From IMG/VR virus record IMGVR_UViG_3300031972_001459, positions 1 through 62,526 of that record: a stretch of 62,526 nucleotides of DNA; one strand, 5' to 3'. Source of the stretch: a virus (lineage: Duplodnaviria > Caudoviricetes). Below the pieces are notes generated by a model. It did no database searches, was not told the DNA's origin, and saw only the letters and a list, made by a program, of their open reading frames with translations. The position numbers were made by a program, and so were the translations under genes. Shown piece by piece: positions 38,588 through 48,800 of the stretch; within the stretch, counting starts at the first letter, position 1, and every line of letters starts with the position of its first letter.

Positions 38588-40057
38588 ATGCTCAACCCAT
38601 TTTTCCTGAACGGTAGTCAAACTGAGCAGAGTCTAGTCCAGAGTCTTATCAACGAACAGTTGAGGATGTATGGAATAGAAGTTTATTACTTACCCAGAAG
38701 GTATGTTACAACTAATACAGTTATAAAAGAAGTCATTCAGTCTGACTTTACTAATGCATATCCAATTGAGGCATATGTAGATAACTACGATGGATATACT
38801 GGTCAAGGAAGTATTCTATCGAAGTTTGGTATTGAAAATAGAGATGACTTACAACTCATAATTTCAAAAGAAAGATATGAAAATTATATTACACCACTGA
38901 TTAAAGATATTCCTGATATTGAACTTTCAACAAGACCAAAAGAAGGTGATTTGATTTACTTCCCTCTTGGGGATAGGTTATTTGAAATTAAGTTTGTAGA
39001 ACATGAACAACCTTTCTATCAACTCAAGAAGACATATGTCTATGAGTTAAGATGTGAACTCTTCCGTTATGAAGATGAAGTTATTGATACTGGTATTGAA
39101 GATATTGATGATGAGATTGCACAGATTGGTTATATTCAGACACTGGCACTAATTGGTGCTGGTAGGTCTGCAACAGCAACCGCACAGGTATGTCCCGCAG
39201 GTGCAGTTAGTCAGGTGACCATTACCAATATGGGTAAAGATTATGTGACACAACCTCAAGTCGGTTTCTCTTCAGCACCTCCAGGAGGAATTACTGCCAC
39301 AGGTATTGCATCACTATCTTATGACTATCCAAATTGTAATGGTGTAGGTGGTAGAATTTCCGCCATTCATATGACAGATGCTGGTTGCGGATATGTAGTT
39401 CCCCCTTGGGTATCAATAACTGGTGATACTGGTGTTGGTGCAGCTGCTACTACTGGTATTTCTACAGACGGTTCTGTTCGTAAAATTACAGTTACCGATG
39501 GTGGTTCTGGATATATTAAACCGCCCAAGGTTTCTATTGGTTTAACTGCAGGAACTTATCCACTATTCAGTGATACTAATTACTATTGGGATTCTTCTAC
39601 TACTACCTTTGACTCATTCTACCCATCACCATCTAGATATGCTGTTGGTCTTGCAACAATTAGTGCAGGTATTGTTACTGCAATTTATGTTATAGATGGT
39701 GGTTCTGGATATGATACTAACCCAGTTGTAGTTATTGACCCACCGTTTGTTGATAACCCCAACATTAGTGTCGGTGGAATGTTTGTGTTCAATGAAATTG
39801 TGACTGGTTCTGTATCTGGAACAACTGCAAGAGTTAAGGAATGGAATGGTACTACAAACATTATTGAAATCAGTATTGTAAGCGGTAGTTTTGTTCCACA
39901 AGAATATCTAACCGGTAGTACATCTGGAGCCAGGTATGTAATTGGTTCTGTAAATACTGACGATTTAGTAACTCCTTTCGCAGATAATGATAACATTGAA
40001 TCAGAAGCAAAAACAATTTTGGATTTCTCAACATCCAATCCGTTTGGTATGCCCTGA
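38588..40057 (+). CDS. gp14: Neck protein / head closure, with internal extension
   Basis: YG..VYYLPR, SKFG, RPKEGDLIYFP, DFS.SNPFG. Confidence 0.9.
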   Translation: MLNPFFLNGSQTEQSLVQSLINEQLRMYGIEVYYLPRRYVTTNTVIKEVIQSDFTNAYPIEAYVDNYDGYTGQGSILSKFGIENRDDLQLIISKERYENYITPLIKDIPDIELSTRPKEGDLIYFPLGDRLFEIKFVEHEQPFYQLKKTYVYELRCELFRYEDEVIDTGIEDIDDEIAQIGYIQTLALIGAGRSATATAQVCPAGAVSQVTITNMGKDYVTQPQVGFSSAPPGGITATGIASLSYDYPNCNGVGGRISAIHMTDAGCGYVVPPWVSITGDTGVGAAATTGISTDGSVRKITVTDGGSGYIKPPKVSIGLTAGTYPLFSDTNYYWDSSTTTFDSFYPSPSRYAVGLATISAGIVTAIYVIDGGSGYDTNPVVVIDPPFVDNPNISVGGMFVFNEIVTGSVSGTTARVKEWNGTTNIIEISIVSGSFVPQEYLTGSTSGARYVIGSVNTDDLVTPFADNDNIESEAKTILDFSTSNPFGMP

Positions 40058-40084
40058 TAAATAGAAGTATACGTCTTCAAAGTA

Positions 40085-41086
40085 ATGTTTGAGTATTTTT
40101 ACAATGAGATCTTTAGATCTGTAATTATTGGATTTGGTTCATTGTTCAATGGAATCGAAATTCAACATAAGGACGAGAATGATTCTACTTTTAGTGTCAT
40201 TAAAGTTCCTCTTGCTTACGGACCTACTCAGAAATTTCTTGCAAGACTAAAACAAAACCCGGACTTGAATACACCGGTTCAAATGACACTTCCAAGGATG
40301 TCATTTGAGTTTACGAATCTCGCATATGATTCTTCGAGAAAATCAACTCAAACACAGACTGTAGTTTATACAAATCCTGACGGAACAGAGACGAAGAAAG
40401 GATATCTTCCCGTTCCATATAACATGACAATCACTCTTTCAATTTACACAAAATTGAACGATGATATGCTTCAAATCATCGAACAGATTGTTCCATACTT
40501 TCAACCAGGTTATACACTCCCCATCAAGTTCTTGGGAAATTTGAATGAAGTAATCAATGTTCCTGTTCAACTTGATAACATTGATATGAGTGATGATTAT
40601 GAAGGTAATTTTGATACAAGAAGAGCACTAATTTATACTATAACATTTACTGCAAAGACTTATGTCTTTGGTCCTCTCAAAGATGTTTCTTCCGATATCA
40701 TCAAGAAGGTTACTGTTGGATATGTTGCTGGTTCGACCAGTGGTAATTCTTATCAGAGAGATGTTACTTATCAAGTTACACCAAGAGCAGTCAAAGATTA
40801 TGATGGTGTGGTTGCAACTCTTCTTTCAGAGAATGTGGATATGGTAGAAACTGTAATTGATGTTGATGATGGAACTAAAATTCCAGAGAAATCTTATATT
40901 TACATCGGTCAAGAAGAGATGTATGTAGAGAATGTGACAGGTAATAGGTTATTAGTTAAGAGAGCTCAAGATAAGTCACCACTACAAAATCATTTACTTG
41001 GGGAAAAGGTATATACGATAACCCAAGCAGATAATGCACAAATCGAAGTTGGTGACAATTTCGGTTTTGACGGAAATCTTTTCTGA
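40085..41086 (+). CDS. gp15: Tail sheath stabilizer / terminator
   Basis: FGSLFN, VPLAYGP.QKFLAR, LPRMSFE. Confidence 0.92.
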   Translation: MFEYFYNEIFRSVIIGFGSLFNGIEIQHKDENDSTFSVIKVPLAYGPTQKFLARLKQNPDLNTPVQMTLPRMSFEFTNLAYDSSRKSTQTQTVVYTNPDGTETKKGYLPVPYNMTITLSIYTKLNDDMLQIIEQIVPYFQPGYTLPIKFLGNLNEVINVPVQLDNIDMSDDYEGNFDTRRALIYTITFTAKTYVFGPLKDVSSDIIKKVTVGYVAGSTSGNSYQRDVTYQVTPRAVKDYDGVVATLLSENVDMVETVIDVDDGTKIPEKSYIYIGQEEMYVENVTGNRLLVKRAQDKSPLQNHLLGEKVYTITQADNAQIEVGDNFGFDGNLF

Positions 41087-41094
41087 GGTAAATC

Positions 41095-41520
41095 ATGGAT
41101 AAGTATGAAAAGCTCAATGAAACTTTTGATGTTGAACCAATAGAAGTAATACCAGAAAAAAATGCTATCGAAAAAAAGATAGAGCATTATAAAAATTCTA
41201 AAGAAGATATTCGTAAAGACTACGAATATACCAGAGGTAATTTGTATTCGATTATCGAAAAAGGACAAGAAGCAATTAATGGTATTCTTGAACTTGCACA
41301 AGAAAGTGAGATGCCTCGTGCATATGAAGTTGCAGGACAATTGATTAAGAGTGTCTCTGATGCAACTGATAAATTGATGGACCTTCAGAAAAAACTGAAG
41401 GATGTTAACAAGGAAGAGGAATCGAAAGGACCAACTACTGTCAATAATGCACTTTTTGTAGGTTCAACAGCAGACCTTCAAAAGATGTTAAAGAATGCTG
41501 GTAAAGACATAAATACCTAA
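41095..41520 (+). CDS. gp16: Terminase small subunit
   Basis: DYEYTR.NL, PRAYEV, NNALFVGSTADL. Confidence 0.92.
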   Translation: MDKYEKLNETFDVEPIEVIPEKNAIEKKIEHYKNSKEDIRKDYEYTRGNLYSIIEKGQEAINGILELAQESEMPRAYEVAGQLIKSVSDATDKLMDLQKKLKDVNKEEESKGPTTVNNALFVGSTADLQKMLKNAGKDINT

Positions 41521-41530
41521 AAAGATTGAA

Positions 41531-41866
41531 ATGGCTGTCGAATCTATTAATATACAAATTGATAAGGGAACAGATTTTTCACAAAATTTTGTGATGAAGA
41601 ACCCTGACCAGACCATTATCGATTTGACTGGATATACAGGGGTATCTAAAGTAAGAAAGTATCCTGAAGATTCTAGTAACGTTCAAAGTTTTGCTGTAGG
41701 TATTGCATCAACTACTGGAACAATTACGTTATCAATGGGTACTACAGTTACATCGAATTTGACAGTAGGTAGAAACTACTATGACATCCTTGTAACATCA
41801 GGTTCTAGTGTAGTTTCTAAGGTATTTGAGGGTTCTGTTATGGTAAATGCTACTATATCTGTGTAA
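41531..41866 (+). CDS. Hypothetical virion-associated protein
   Basis: I.IDKGTDF, DLTGYT, GR.YYD.L; lies in the late operon. Confidence 0.75.
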   Translation: MAVESINIQIDKGTDFSQNFVMKNPDQTIIDLTGYTGVSKVRKYPEDSSNVQSFAVGIASTTGTITLSMGTTVTSNLTVGRNYYDILVTSGSSVVSKVFEGSVMVNATISV

Positions 41867-41868
41867 AA

Positions 41869-42471
41869 ATGGACAACTTAGGAGATTTCTTTTCTCTTAT
41901 TGGTGAAGAGAAGAAAAAAGACAAAGAAAAGACTAAAGAAATACTTGGAGAGGTATCCCTTGGAGACCTTTTCTCAAGTTTGAGTGAAGAAAAAAAGAAG
42001 GTTAAAGAAAAAAATTTAAAAAAAGAAAAAGAATTAGAAAAAATTAAAAAAGACGCAAAGATTTTTGAAACGTTTTTGTTTAATGAGACCCCGAGAGTAG
42101 AACAAAGTGCGATAAATGCAGTAAAGGTTCTAGAAACTGAACTGCTAAATCTTAAAAGTACATCTCATAAGTCAATTGATAGACTTATGAGAGGGATTAG
42201 TGCAGAGTATAATATTACACCAACCAAATTACATAATCAATTTAAAGAAAAACATAATCTTATACCTGATGATTGGGTAAAACAACAGAAGGAAGAAGTA
42301 GATACTAGTAACTGGAAGGATGATTATAAACCTCTTGAGATAGAAACTGAAGATATTATCAAACCAGAGCCTCTTAAACCATCAAAACCTATCGTAGATA
42401 TTAAAGAACTTGGGGAGGGTATAGAAGAATTGGAGACTCTTGCAAAAATAAGAGATGATGTTGATGTATAG
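41869..42471 (+). CDS. Hypothetical protein, N-part of a possibly split gene
   Basis: Ends in TAG in frame with the next ORF. Confidence 0.65.
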   Translation: MDNLGDFFSLIGEEKKKDKEKTKEILGEVSLGDLFSSLSEEKKKVKEKNLKKEKELEKIKKDAKIFETFLFNETPRVEQSAINAVKVLETELLNLKSTSHKSIDRLMRGISAEYNITPTKLHNQFKEKHNLIPDDWVKQQKEEVDTSNWKDDYKPLEIETEDIIKPEPLKPSKPIVDIKELGEGIEELETLAKIRDDVDV

Positions 42472-42489
42472 GTTGATAATTCTACTAAT

Positions 42490-42948
42490 ATGTTGAAGAG
42501 TATTGAGATTCTGGATAAGTTGACTCCAGATGAAGAGATTGATAGTGATGGAAAGGATAGTGAATTTAATAGACTGAGAAGAGAAATAGACCAACTGCGT
42601 AAGATGGTCTATGAAAGTGTCAGACATACCTCTACTATTGGAGGTGGTGGTGCTGGATTCATCAAGGATCTTGATGATGTTAATATTGCTGGTCTTCAGA
42701 ATGGTTACATACTGTCATATAATTCCACTACTCAAAAGTGGGACGTAATTGAAAATCAAAGTACTGGTGGGGTAACAAATGGTATTAGAGTTCTTACTAC
42801 TGTAGAGAGAGATGCGTTAACACCAGTAGCAGGAGCTTTGATTTACAATTCTACTACTGATGTTGTTCAAGTTTATACTGGAACTGCCTGGGTAGGTGTT
42901 GCTCCTGATGAAGATGCAATTATTGATGGTTCTGTTACTATTACATAG
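42490..42948 (+). CDS. Hypothetical protein, C-part of a possibly split gene
   Basis: GGGGAG.I.DLDDV and tail-fibre-like LTT.ERDAL..GALIYN motifs. Confidence 0.65.
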   Translation: MLKSIEILDKLTPDEEIDSDGKDSEFNRLRREIDQLRKMVYESVRHTSTIGGGGAGFIKDLDDVNIAGLQNGYILSYNSTTQKWDVIENQSTGGVTNGIRVLTTVERDALTPVAGALIYNSTTDVVQVYTGTAWVGVAPDEDAIIDGSVTIT

Positions 42949-42982
42949 TAATAAATAATAAAACAGAACTCTTTCTATTGAT

Positions 42983-44362
42983 ATGCAGGAAGGTAATCTA
43001 CATAAGTGGTTTAAGGGATCCAAGTCTAAAGACGGTAAGTCTGGTTGGGTCAATGTGGTCACTGGTGGTACATGTGCTAGCGATAAACCAGGTGAAGGAA
43101 CACCCAAGTGTGTATCTTCTTCAAAGAGGGCTAGTATGACTCCTGCCGAAAGAAAGTCTGCACAAAGCAGAAAGAAGAAAGCAGACCCAAACCAACAATC
43201 AAAGTCTGGTGCTGCAAAACCAACTTACGTTTCAACTGACAAACCAAAGAAAAAAATGAAAGAAGAAATGGAAATCAATGAAGCGGACAAGAAGGGTAAA
43301 GGTAGTGGTAAGAAGGATGCATGTTACCATAAGGTAAAGGCATCTGCTTCTGTATGGCCTTCTGCTTATGCTTCTGGTCGTTTGGTTCAGTGCCGTAAGA
43401 AAGGTGCTGCCAATTACGGTAAGTCAAAGAAGAACGAAGAGTTTATGGCTCTTCCAGAGTTGACTGACCTTCAAATCAGGTGTATGGAAGCAGCAGGTAT
43501 TGAAGTAGAAGTTCTTGATGAGAAGTGTTGGGTTGGGTATACCCAGAAGGGTATGAAGAAGAAGGGTAAAAAAGTAGTTCCCAATTGTGTTCCTGTTGGT
43601 GAAGGATATGCTCCTGGTGATGTCGATCAGAAGGTTGGTGCTGTAACTCCTATTCCCAAAGATGAGAGAGAAGCAGCAAAACAAAGATTACTTGCCAAGA
43701 CAAAGGCAAAACGTGAAAAGATGAAGGAAGAAAATAATATTGAAGAGGCTACAAGAATTCCTGCACAGAGTGGTAACTGTTACTTGGTAGGATTTACCTG
43801 GAGAGGTAAATACATGATGATGAAATTATTCTTCCCAGATGTAAAGAGACCTTCTAGAACTGAAGTTCAAGATACACTTGAGAAAGTATATCCAGGTTCT
43901 TATGTTCAAAGGTTTGACCTTACCCAATATAACCCTAACGAACCAATGTTGAATGTTGGTGTTCGTGAAGAACATGATAAATCTAATAAGAGTTGTTCTA
44001 AAGGTGAATACTATTGTAAGGACTCTAAAAAATGTAAGCCAATACCTAAAGGTCATCATGTAATGCCAAATGGTGATTTGATGAAAGATGAGGATCATGA
44101 TGAAGGTGGTGATATGAGTGAAGGTGCTGCTTGGACTCGCAAAGAAGGTCAGAACCCTGAAGGTGGTTTAAATGAGAAAGGAAGAAAGTCTGCGAAAGCA
44201 GATGGACATAACTTAAAACGACCATCTAAAGTGAAGGGTAATAAGAGAAGAGCATCATTCTGTGCTAGAATGAGTGGAATGAAAAAGAAACTCACCTCCA
44301 AGAAAACTGCTAATGATCCTGATTCCAGGATCAACAAATCACTTAGAGCGTGGGACTGCTGA
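42983..44362 (+). CDS. Multi-module Lys/Cys-rich protein (DUF5872/DUF6321-like modules)
   Basis: KDACYHKVK..WPSAYASG, KCW.GY..VPNCV, RRASFCARM..SLRAWDC. Confidence 0.75.
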   Translation: MQEGNLHKWFKGSKSKDGKSGWVNVVTGGTCASDKPGEGTPKCVSSSKRASMTPAERKSAQSRKKKADPNQQSKSGAAKPTYVSTDKPKKKMKEEMEINEADKKGKGSGKKDACYHKVKASASVWPSAYASGRLVQCRKKGAANYGKSKKNEEFMALPELTDLQIRCMEAAGIEVEVLDEKCWVGYTQKGMKKKGKKVVPNCVPVGEGYAPGDVDQKVGAVTPIPKDEREAAKQRLLAKTKAKREKMKEENNIEEATRIPAQSGNCYLVGFTWRGKYMMMKLFFPDVKRPSRTEVQDTLEKVYPGSYVQRFDLTQYNPNEPMLNVGVREEHDKSNKSCSKGEYYCKDSKKCKPIPKGHHVMPNGDLMKDEDHDEGGDMSEGAAWTRKEGQNPEGGLNEKGRKSAKADGHNLKRPSKVKGNKRRASFCARMSGMKKKLTSKKTANDPDSRINKSLRAWDC

Positions 44363-44368
44363 TAAATT

Positions 44369-46036
44369 ATGAGTAATGATGTTTATTTAGGAAATCCTTT
44401 GCTCAAAAAGGCGAATACCCCCATTGAGTTTACACAAGAAGATATTGAAGAATATATTAAGTGTAAGCAGGACCCAGTATACTTTGCAAATAATTATGTA
44501 AAGATTGTGACCTTGGACCATGGTTTGCAACCTTTCAAGACTTATGACTTCCAAGATAAGTTAATTAGTAACTTCCATAACAACAGATTTAATATCTGTA
44601 AGATGCCTAGACAGACTGGTAAGTCTACTACTTGTGTATCGTATCTACTTCATTATGCTATCTTCAATGATAGTGTCAACATTGGTATTCTGGCTAACAA
44701 GGCTACAACTGCTAGAGAACTACTTGCAAGACTGGCTACTGCATATGAGAACTTACCCAAGTGGATGCAACAGGGTATTCTTGTATGGAACAAAGGTAAT
44801 ATTGAGTTAGAGAACGGTAGTAAGATACTTGCAGCTTCTACTTCAGCATCAGCTGTTAGAGGTATGTCTTTCAACATCCTCTTCTTGGACGAATTTGCAT
44901 TCGTTCCAAATCATGTTGCTGACGCATTCTTTGCATCTGTTTATCCTACGATTACTTCTGGTAAATCAACGAAGGTAATCATTGTTTCTACGCCTCACGG
45001 CATGAACCACTTCTATCGAATGTGGCATGATGCAGAGAAGGCAAAGAATGAATATATTCCAACCGATGTTCATTGGTCAGAAGTTCCTGGTAGAGATGAG
45101 GTCTGGAAAGAACAGACAATCAAGAACACTTCTGAACAACAGTTCAAGATTGAGTTCGAGTGTGAATTCCTTGGGTCTGTTGATACATTGATTGCACCAA
45201 GTAAACTCAAAACTATGGTGTATGATAATCCAATTCAAACAAGTGCAGGACTAGATGTTCATTTTGCACCAATTCCTGACCACGATTATATCGTAACTGT
45301 TGACGTTGCTAGAGGGGTAGGTAATGACTACTCTGCATTTATTATTACAGATATTACTTCGTTCCCACATAGAGTTGTTGCAAAGTATAGGAACAATGAA
45401 ATCAAACCGATGTTGTTTCCTAACATTATTTTCCAGTTAGCAAAGAAATACAATAATGCATTTGTTCTTTGTGAGGTTAATGATATTGGAGACCAGGTTG
45501 CAAGTATTCTTCAATATGATTTGGAGTATCAGAATGTTCTGATGTGTGCAATGAGGGGTAGGGCAGGACAAGTTGTAGGTCAAGGTTTCTCTGGAACTAA
45601 AACACAACTTGGTGTCAAGATGTCCAAGACAGTCAAGAAGATTGGGTCACTCAATCTCAAGACAATGATTGAAGAAGATAAACTTATCTTCAATGACTAC
45701 GAGATTATTTCAGAATTGACAACCTTTATTTCAAAGAGTAATTCATTCGAGGCAGAAGAAGGTTGTAATGATGACCTTGCAATGTGTCTGGTCATTTATG
45801 CATGGTTGGTTGCACAGGATTACTTCAAAGAACTGACAGACCAAGATGTTCGTAAGAGATTGTATGAAGAACAGAAAAACCAGATTGAACAAGACATGGC
45901 ACCGTTTGGTTTTATGAATGACGGTTTAGATGAAGGAACCTTTGTAGATAGCGAAGGAGATAGATGGTATACCAAGAGTAATGAGTATGATGAGTATGGA
46001 ACAGCCGCTGGTGGTTGGGAACTCTGGAACTACTGA
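44369..46036 (+). CDS. gp17: Terminase large subunit
   Basis: PRQTGKST Walker A, FLDEFAF Walker B, DDLAM nuclease motif. Confidence 0.97.
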   Translation: MSNDVYLGNPLLKKANTPIEFTQEDIEEYIKCKQDPVYFANNYVKIVTLDHGLQPFKTYDFQDKLISNFHNNRFNICKMPRQTGKSTTCVSYLLHYAIFNDSVNIGILANKATTARELLARLATAYENLPKWMQQGILVWNKGNIELENGSKILAASTSASAVRGMSFNILFLDEFAFVPNHVADAFFASVYPTITSGKSTKVIIVSTPHGMNHFYRMWHDAEKAKNEYIPTDVHWSEVPGRDEVWKEQTIKNTSEQQFKIEFECEFLGSVDTLIAPSKLKTMVYDNPIQTSAGLDVHFAPIPDHDYIVTVDVARGVGNDYSAFIITDITSFPHRVVAKYRNNEIKPMLFPNIIFQLAKKYNNAFVLCEVNDIGDQVASILQYDLEYQNVLMCAMRGRAGQVVGQGFSGTKTQLGVKMSKTVKKIGSLNLKTMIEEDKLIFNDYEIISELTTFISKSNSFEAEEGCNDDLAMCLVIYAWLVAQDYFKELTDQDVRKRLYEEQKNQIEQDMAPFGFMNDGLDEGTFVDSEGDRWYTKSNEYDEYGTAAGGWELWNY

Positions 46037-46266
46037 TGGACTTTGATGAACAACTAGAACTAGGTCATTTACTCTTAAATGATAGAAAATGTAAAAGTTG
46101 TGGTGAAGTAAAAAATCTTGTAGATGACTTTTACAGAACAAGAAAGGATAGAGGTGCAGTTCCTTCTTCATATTCATATGTCTGTAAAGATTGTTTTATT
46201 GAGTATGTCAAGGAAAATAAAAAGAATAGAAGTCCAAAATCTAGATGGGAATACCCAGATTGGTGA
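46036..46266 (+). CDS. Small CxxC...CxxC zinc-finger protein
   Basis: RKCKSCGEVK..DFY..YSYVCKDC; TGATG overlap. Confidence 0.7.
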   Translation: MDFDEQLELGHLLLNDRKCKSCGEVKNLVDDFYRTRKDRGAVPSSYSYVCKDCFIEYVKENKKNRSPKSRWEYPDW

Positions 46267-46347
46267 GTTTTCGTCACGTTTACCCTATCAAAACCGGGAT
46301 ATTCATAAATATTTTTAGTTAAATGAGTAACAAAGGAGAGAGAAAAC

Positions 46348-48768
46348 ATGGCTACTCCTCAACTATCTCCAGGAGTTTTAGTCAGGGAAGTTGACTTAAC
46401 TGTTGGAAGAGCTGAGAATGTTCTTGACAACATTGGCGCAATTGCAGGACCCTTTTCACTGGGACCAGTAAATGAACCAATTACGATTGAGACACAGCAA
46501 CAATTCCTTGATACTTTTGGTAAGCCAATTGGAACTGATAGACAGTATGAGTACTGGATGTCTGGAAATTCATTCCTCTCCTACGGTGGTATTCTAAAAG
46601 TTGTTAGAGTTGGTGGCGACACCCTCAATAATGGTAATGCAGGAACTCAACAAGCTTCAGAAGCTGTTAGAATTGATAACCTAGATGATTACGAACAGAA
46701 TCATACTACGGATTCTAGTTTCTACTGGGCAGCAAGAAACCCTGGTACATGGTCGAACAGTCTGAAAGTTTGCACCATTGATAACAAGTCGGACCAATCT
46801 GTAGGTATTGCTACTACTAACCCTAGTGCACTCGGACTGGTAGTTGGTTATGGTGTTTCTACTGCAAAGAACGCAGTATCTATTCCAGGTAATGGTTCTG
46901 TTAATACCTTCACAGGTAACCTGAAGGGTATCATCACTGGTGTTACCACGGATGCAGTAAACGGAAATAGTTCGATTGAAGTTAAGGTACTTGCAAGAGT
47001 TAACCCGACTACACAATCCACTACAAACATTGGATTTACTACAATAAGTAGTATTGGCGCCGCAGGTACAACAGTACTTTCTGTCAATAGTACATCTGGT
47101 ATTACTACAGGAACGATTTGTGTTACACAAAATAATGGTGGTATTGATGTTGTAAGTTTTGGTTCTTCTACGGTCACATTGTCTGTAGGTATTGCTCAAT
47201 CTGCATTGGTTGGTACAGCTGTTACCTATCAAACACTGACATCGATTGCAGGAACTGAAACTCCGATTACTTATCAGAATTACAATCCAGCAAATTCATT
47301 CTCTGCTGGTGATGTACTCACCATCACTCCAGGAACTGGTGGAACACCAACTACTTCTAGTACTTCTACAGTATCTGACTGGTATGACGAACAGACACTT
47401 GGTCTTACAAACTCTACAGTTTATTGGAGAAACATTGCTCCTAGACCAGTAGCTAACAGATTTGTAACTGAAAGGTCTGGCTCTAACGACGCAATTCACG
47501 TAGTTGTTGTAGACGACACGGGTGATGTTACCGGAGTTCAGGGTAATATTGTTGAGAGATTTGTATCGTTGTCTAAGGCTTCTGATGCTACTGCTGATGG
47601 AGACAATCCCACTAGGACTTACTATAAGGACTTCATTGCAAACAACTCGAAGTTTGCCTTTGCTGGTTTCAACCCATCGAATGCAGAAGATACTTATTGG
47701 AATACGATTCCAACAGCATCTGGTTTCTCAACTTCCTTCACACCTTACACAAACGCTCAAGGCCTTTGGGGTCAAGAAGCACAGGGTATTAGTTTCTCCT
47801 CACTGGGAAATGTAAGTTACACTTTGACTGGTGGTGTTGACTACAGTGCTAATAAGGGTATGGCTGCTGACCTTCCTGGTATTTTGGCTGGTTACAATCT
47901 ATTCGCAAATAGAGATGAGATTGCTGTTGATTATCTAATCATGGGTCCTGGACTCGCTGTAGAAAATCAATCACAAGCAAAGGCAAATCTTCTAATCTCT
48001 ATTGCCGAACAGAGAAAGGATTGTATTGCAACCATCTCTCCACACAGAGCTAACGTTGTAAATGTAACCAACACTACAACACAAACCTCGAATGTCCTAG
48101 GATTCTATTCACCTCTTCAATCATCGTCTTATGCGGTGTTTGATACTGGTTATAAGTACACCTACGATAGATTCAATAACGCATTCCGTTACATCCCAAC
48201 CAATGGTGATACTGCTGGTTTGATGGTAAGAACTGCACTTAATGCATATCCTTGGTTCTCACCTGCTGGTCTCCAGAGAGGTGTTCTGAATAATGCAGTT
48301 AAGATGGCATACAACCCATCCAAGAATCAGAGAGATGAACTCTACGGTTCAAGAATTAACTCCATCATCAACCAAAGAGGTTCTGGTATTGCACTTTACG
48401 GTGACAAGACTGCTCTTGCTTATTCTTCGGCCTTCGATAGAATTAACGTAAGAAGACTGTTCTTGACTGTAGAACAAGCTCTTGAGGGAGCCGCAAACGA
48501 TCAGTTGTTCGAACTCAATGACTCTAACACTAGAGCAAACTTTGTTAACATTGTCGAACCCTACTTGAGAGATGTTCAAGCTAAGAGAGGTATTTACGAT
48601 TTCAGAGTTATTTGTGACGAAACCAATAACACTCCAAATGTCATTGACAACAATGAATTTAGAGCTGATATCTTCCTGAAGCCAACCAAGTCTATCAACT
48701 TCGTCACCTTGACGTTCGTTGCTACCAGAACTGGTGTTGACTTCGAAGAAGTAATTGGTACTGTTTGA
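46348..48768 (+). CDS. gp18: Tail sheath protein
   Basis: SPGV.VREVDLT, PWFSPAG..RG, FDRINVRRLF. Confidence 0.96.
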   Translation: MATPQLSPGVLVREVDLTVGRAENVLDNIGAIAGPFSLGPVNEPITIETQQQFLDTFGKPIGTDRQYEYWMSGNSFLSYGGILKVVRVGGDTLNNGNAGTQQASEAVRIDNLDDYEQNHTTDSSFYWAARNPGTWSNSLKVCTIDNKSDQSVGIATTNPSALGLVVGYGVSTAKNAVSIPGNGSVNTFTGNLKGIITGVTTDAVNGNSSIEVKVLARVNPTTQSTTNIGFTTISSIGAAGTTVLSVNSTSGITTGTICVTQNNGGIDVVSFGSSTVTLSVGIAQSALVGTAVTYQTLTSIAGTETPITYQNYNPANSFSAGDVLTITPGTGGTPTTSSTSTVSDWYDEQTLGLTNSTVYWRNIAPRPVANRFVTERSGSNDAIHVVVVDDTGDVTGVQGNIVERFVSLSKASDATADGDNPTRTYYKDFIANNSKFAFAGFNPSNAEDTYWNTIPTASGFSTSFTPYTNAQGLWGQEAQGISFSSLGNVSYTLTGGVDYSANKGMAADLPGILAGYNLFANRDEIAVDYLIMGPGLAVENQSQAKANLLISIAEQRKDCIATISPHRANVVNVTNTTTQTSNVLGFYSPLQSSSYAVFDTGYKYTYDRFNNAFRYIPTNGDTAGLMVRTALNAYPWFSPAGLQRGVLNNAVKMAYNPSKNQRDELYGSRINSIINQRGSGIALYGDKTALAYSSAFDRINVRRLFLTVEQALEGAANDQLFELNDSNTRANFVNIVEPYLRDVQAKRGIYDFRVICDETNNTPNVIDNNEFRADIFLKPTKSINFVTLTFVATRTGVDFEEVIGTV

Positions 48769-48800
48769 TTATATTAAATAACTACTAGGAGGATCAAAAA

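Noticed and set aside
44291-44301. CTCACCTCCAA match to the 35-bp repeat
   Set aside because: Short match inside a coding sequence; rest of the element absent
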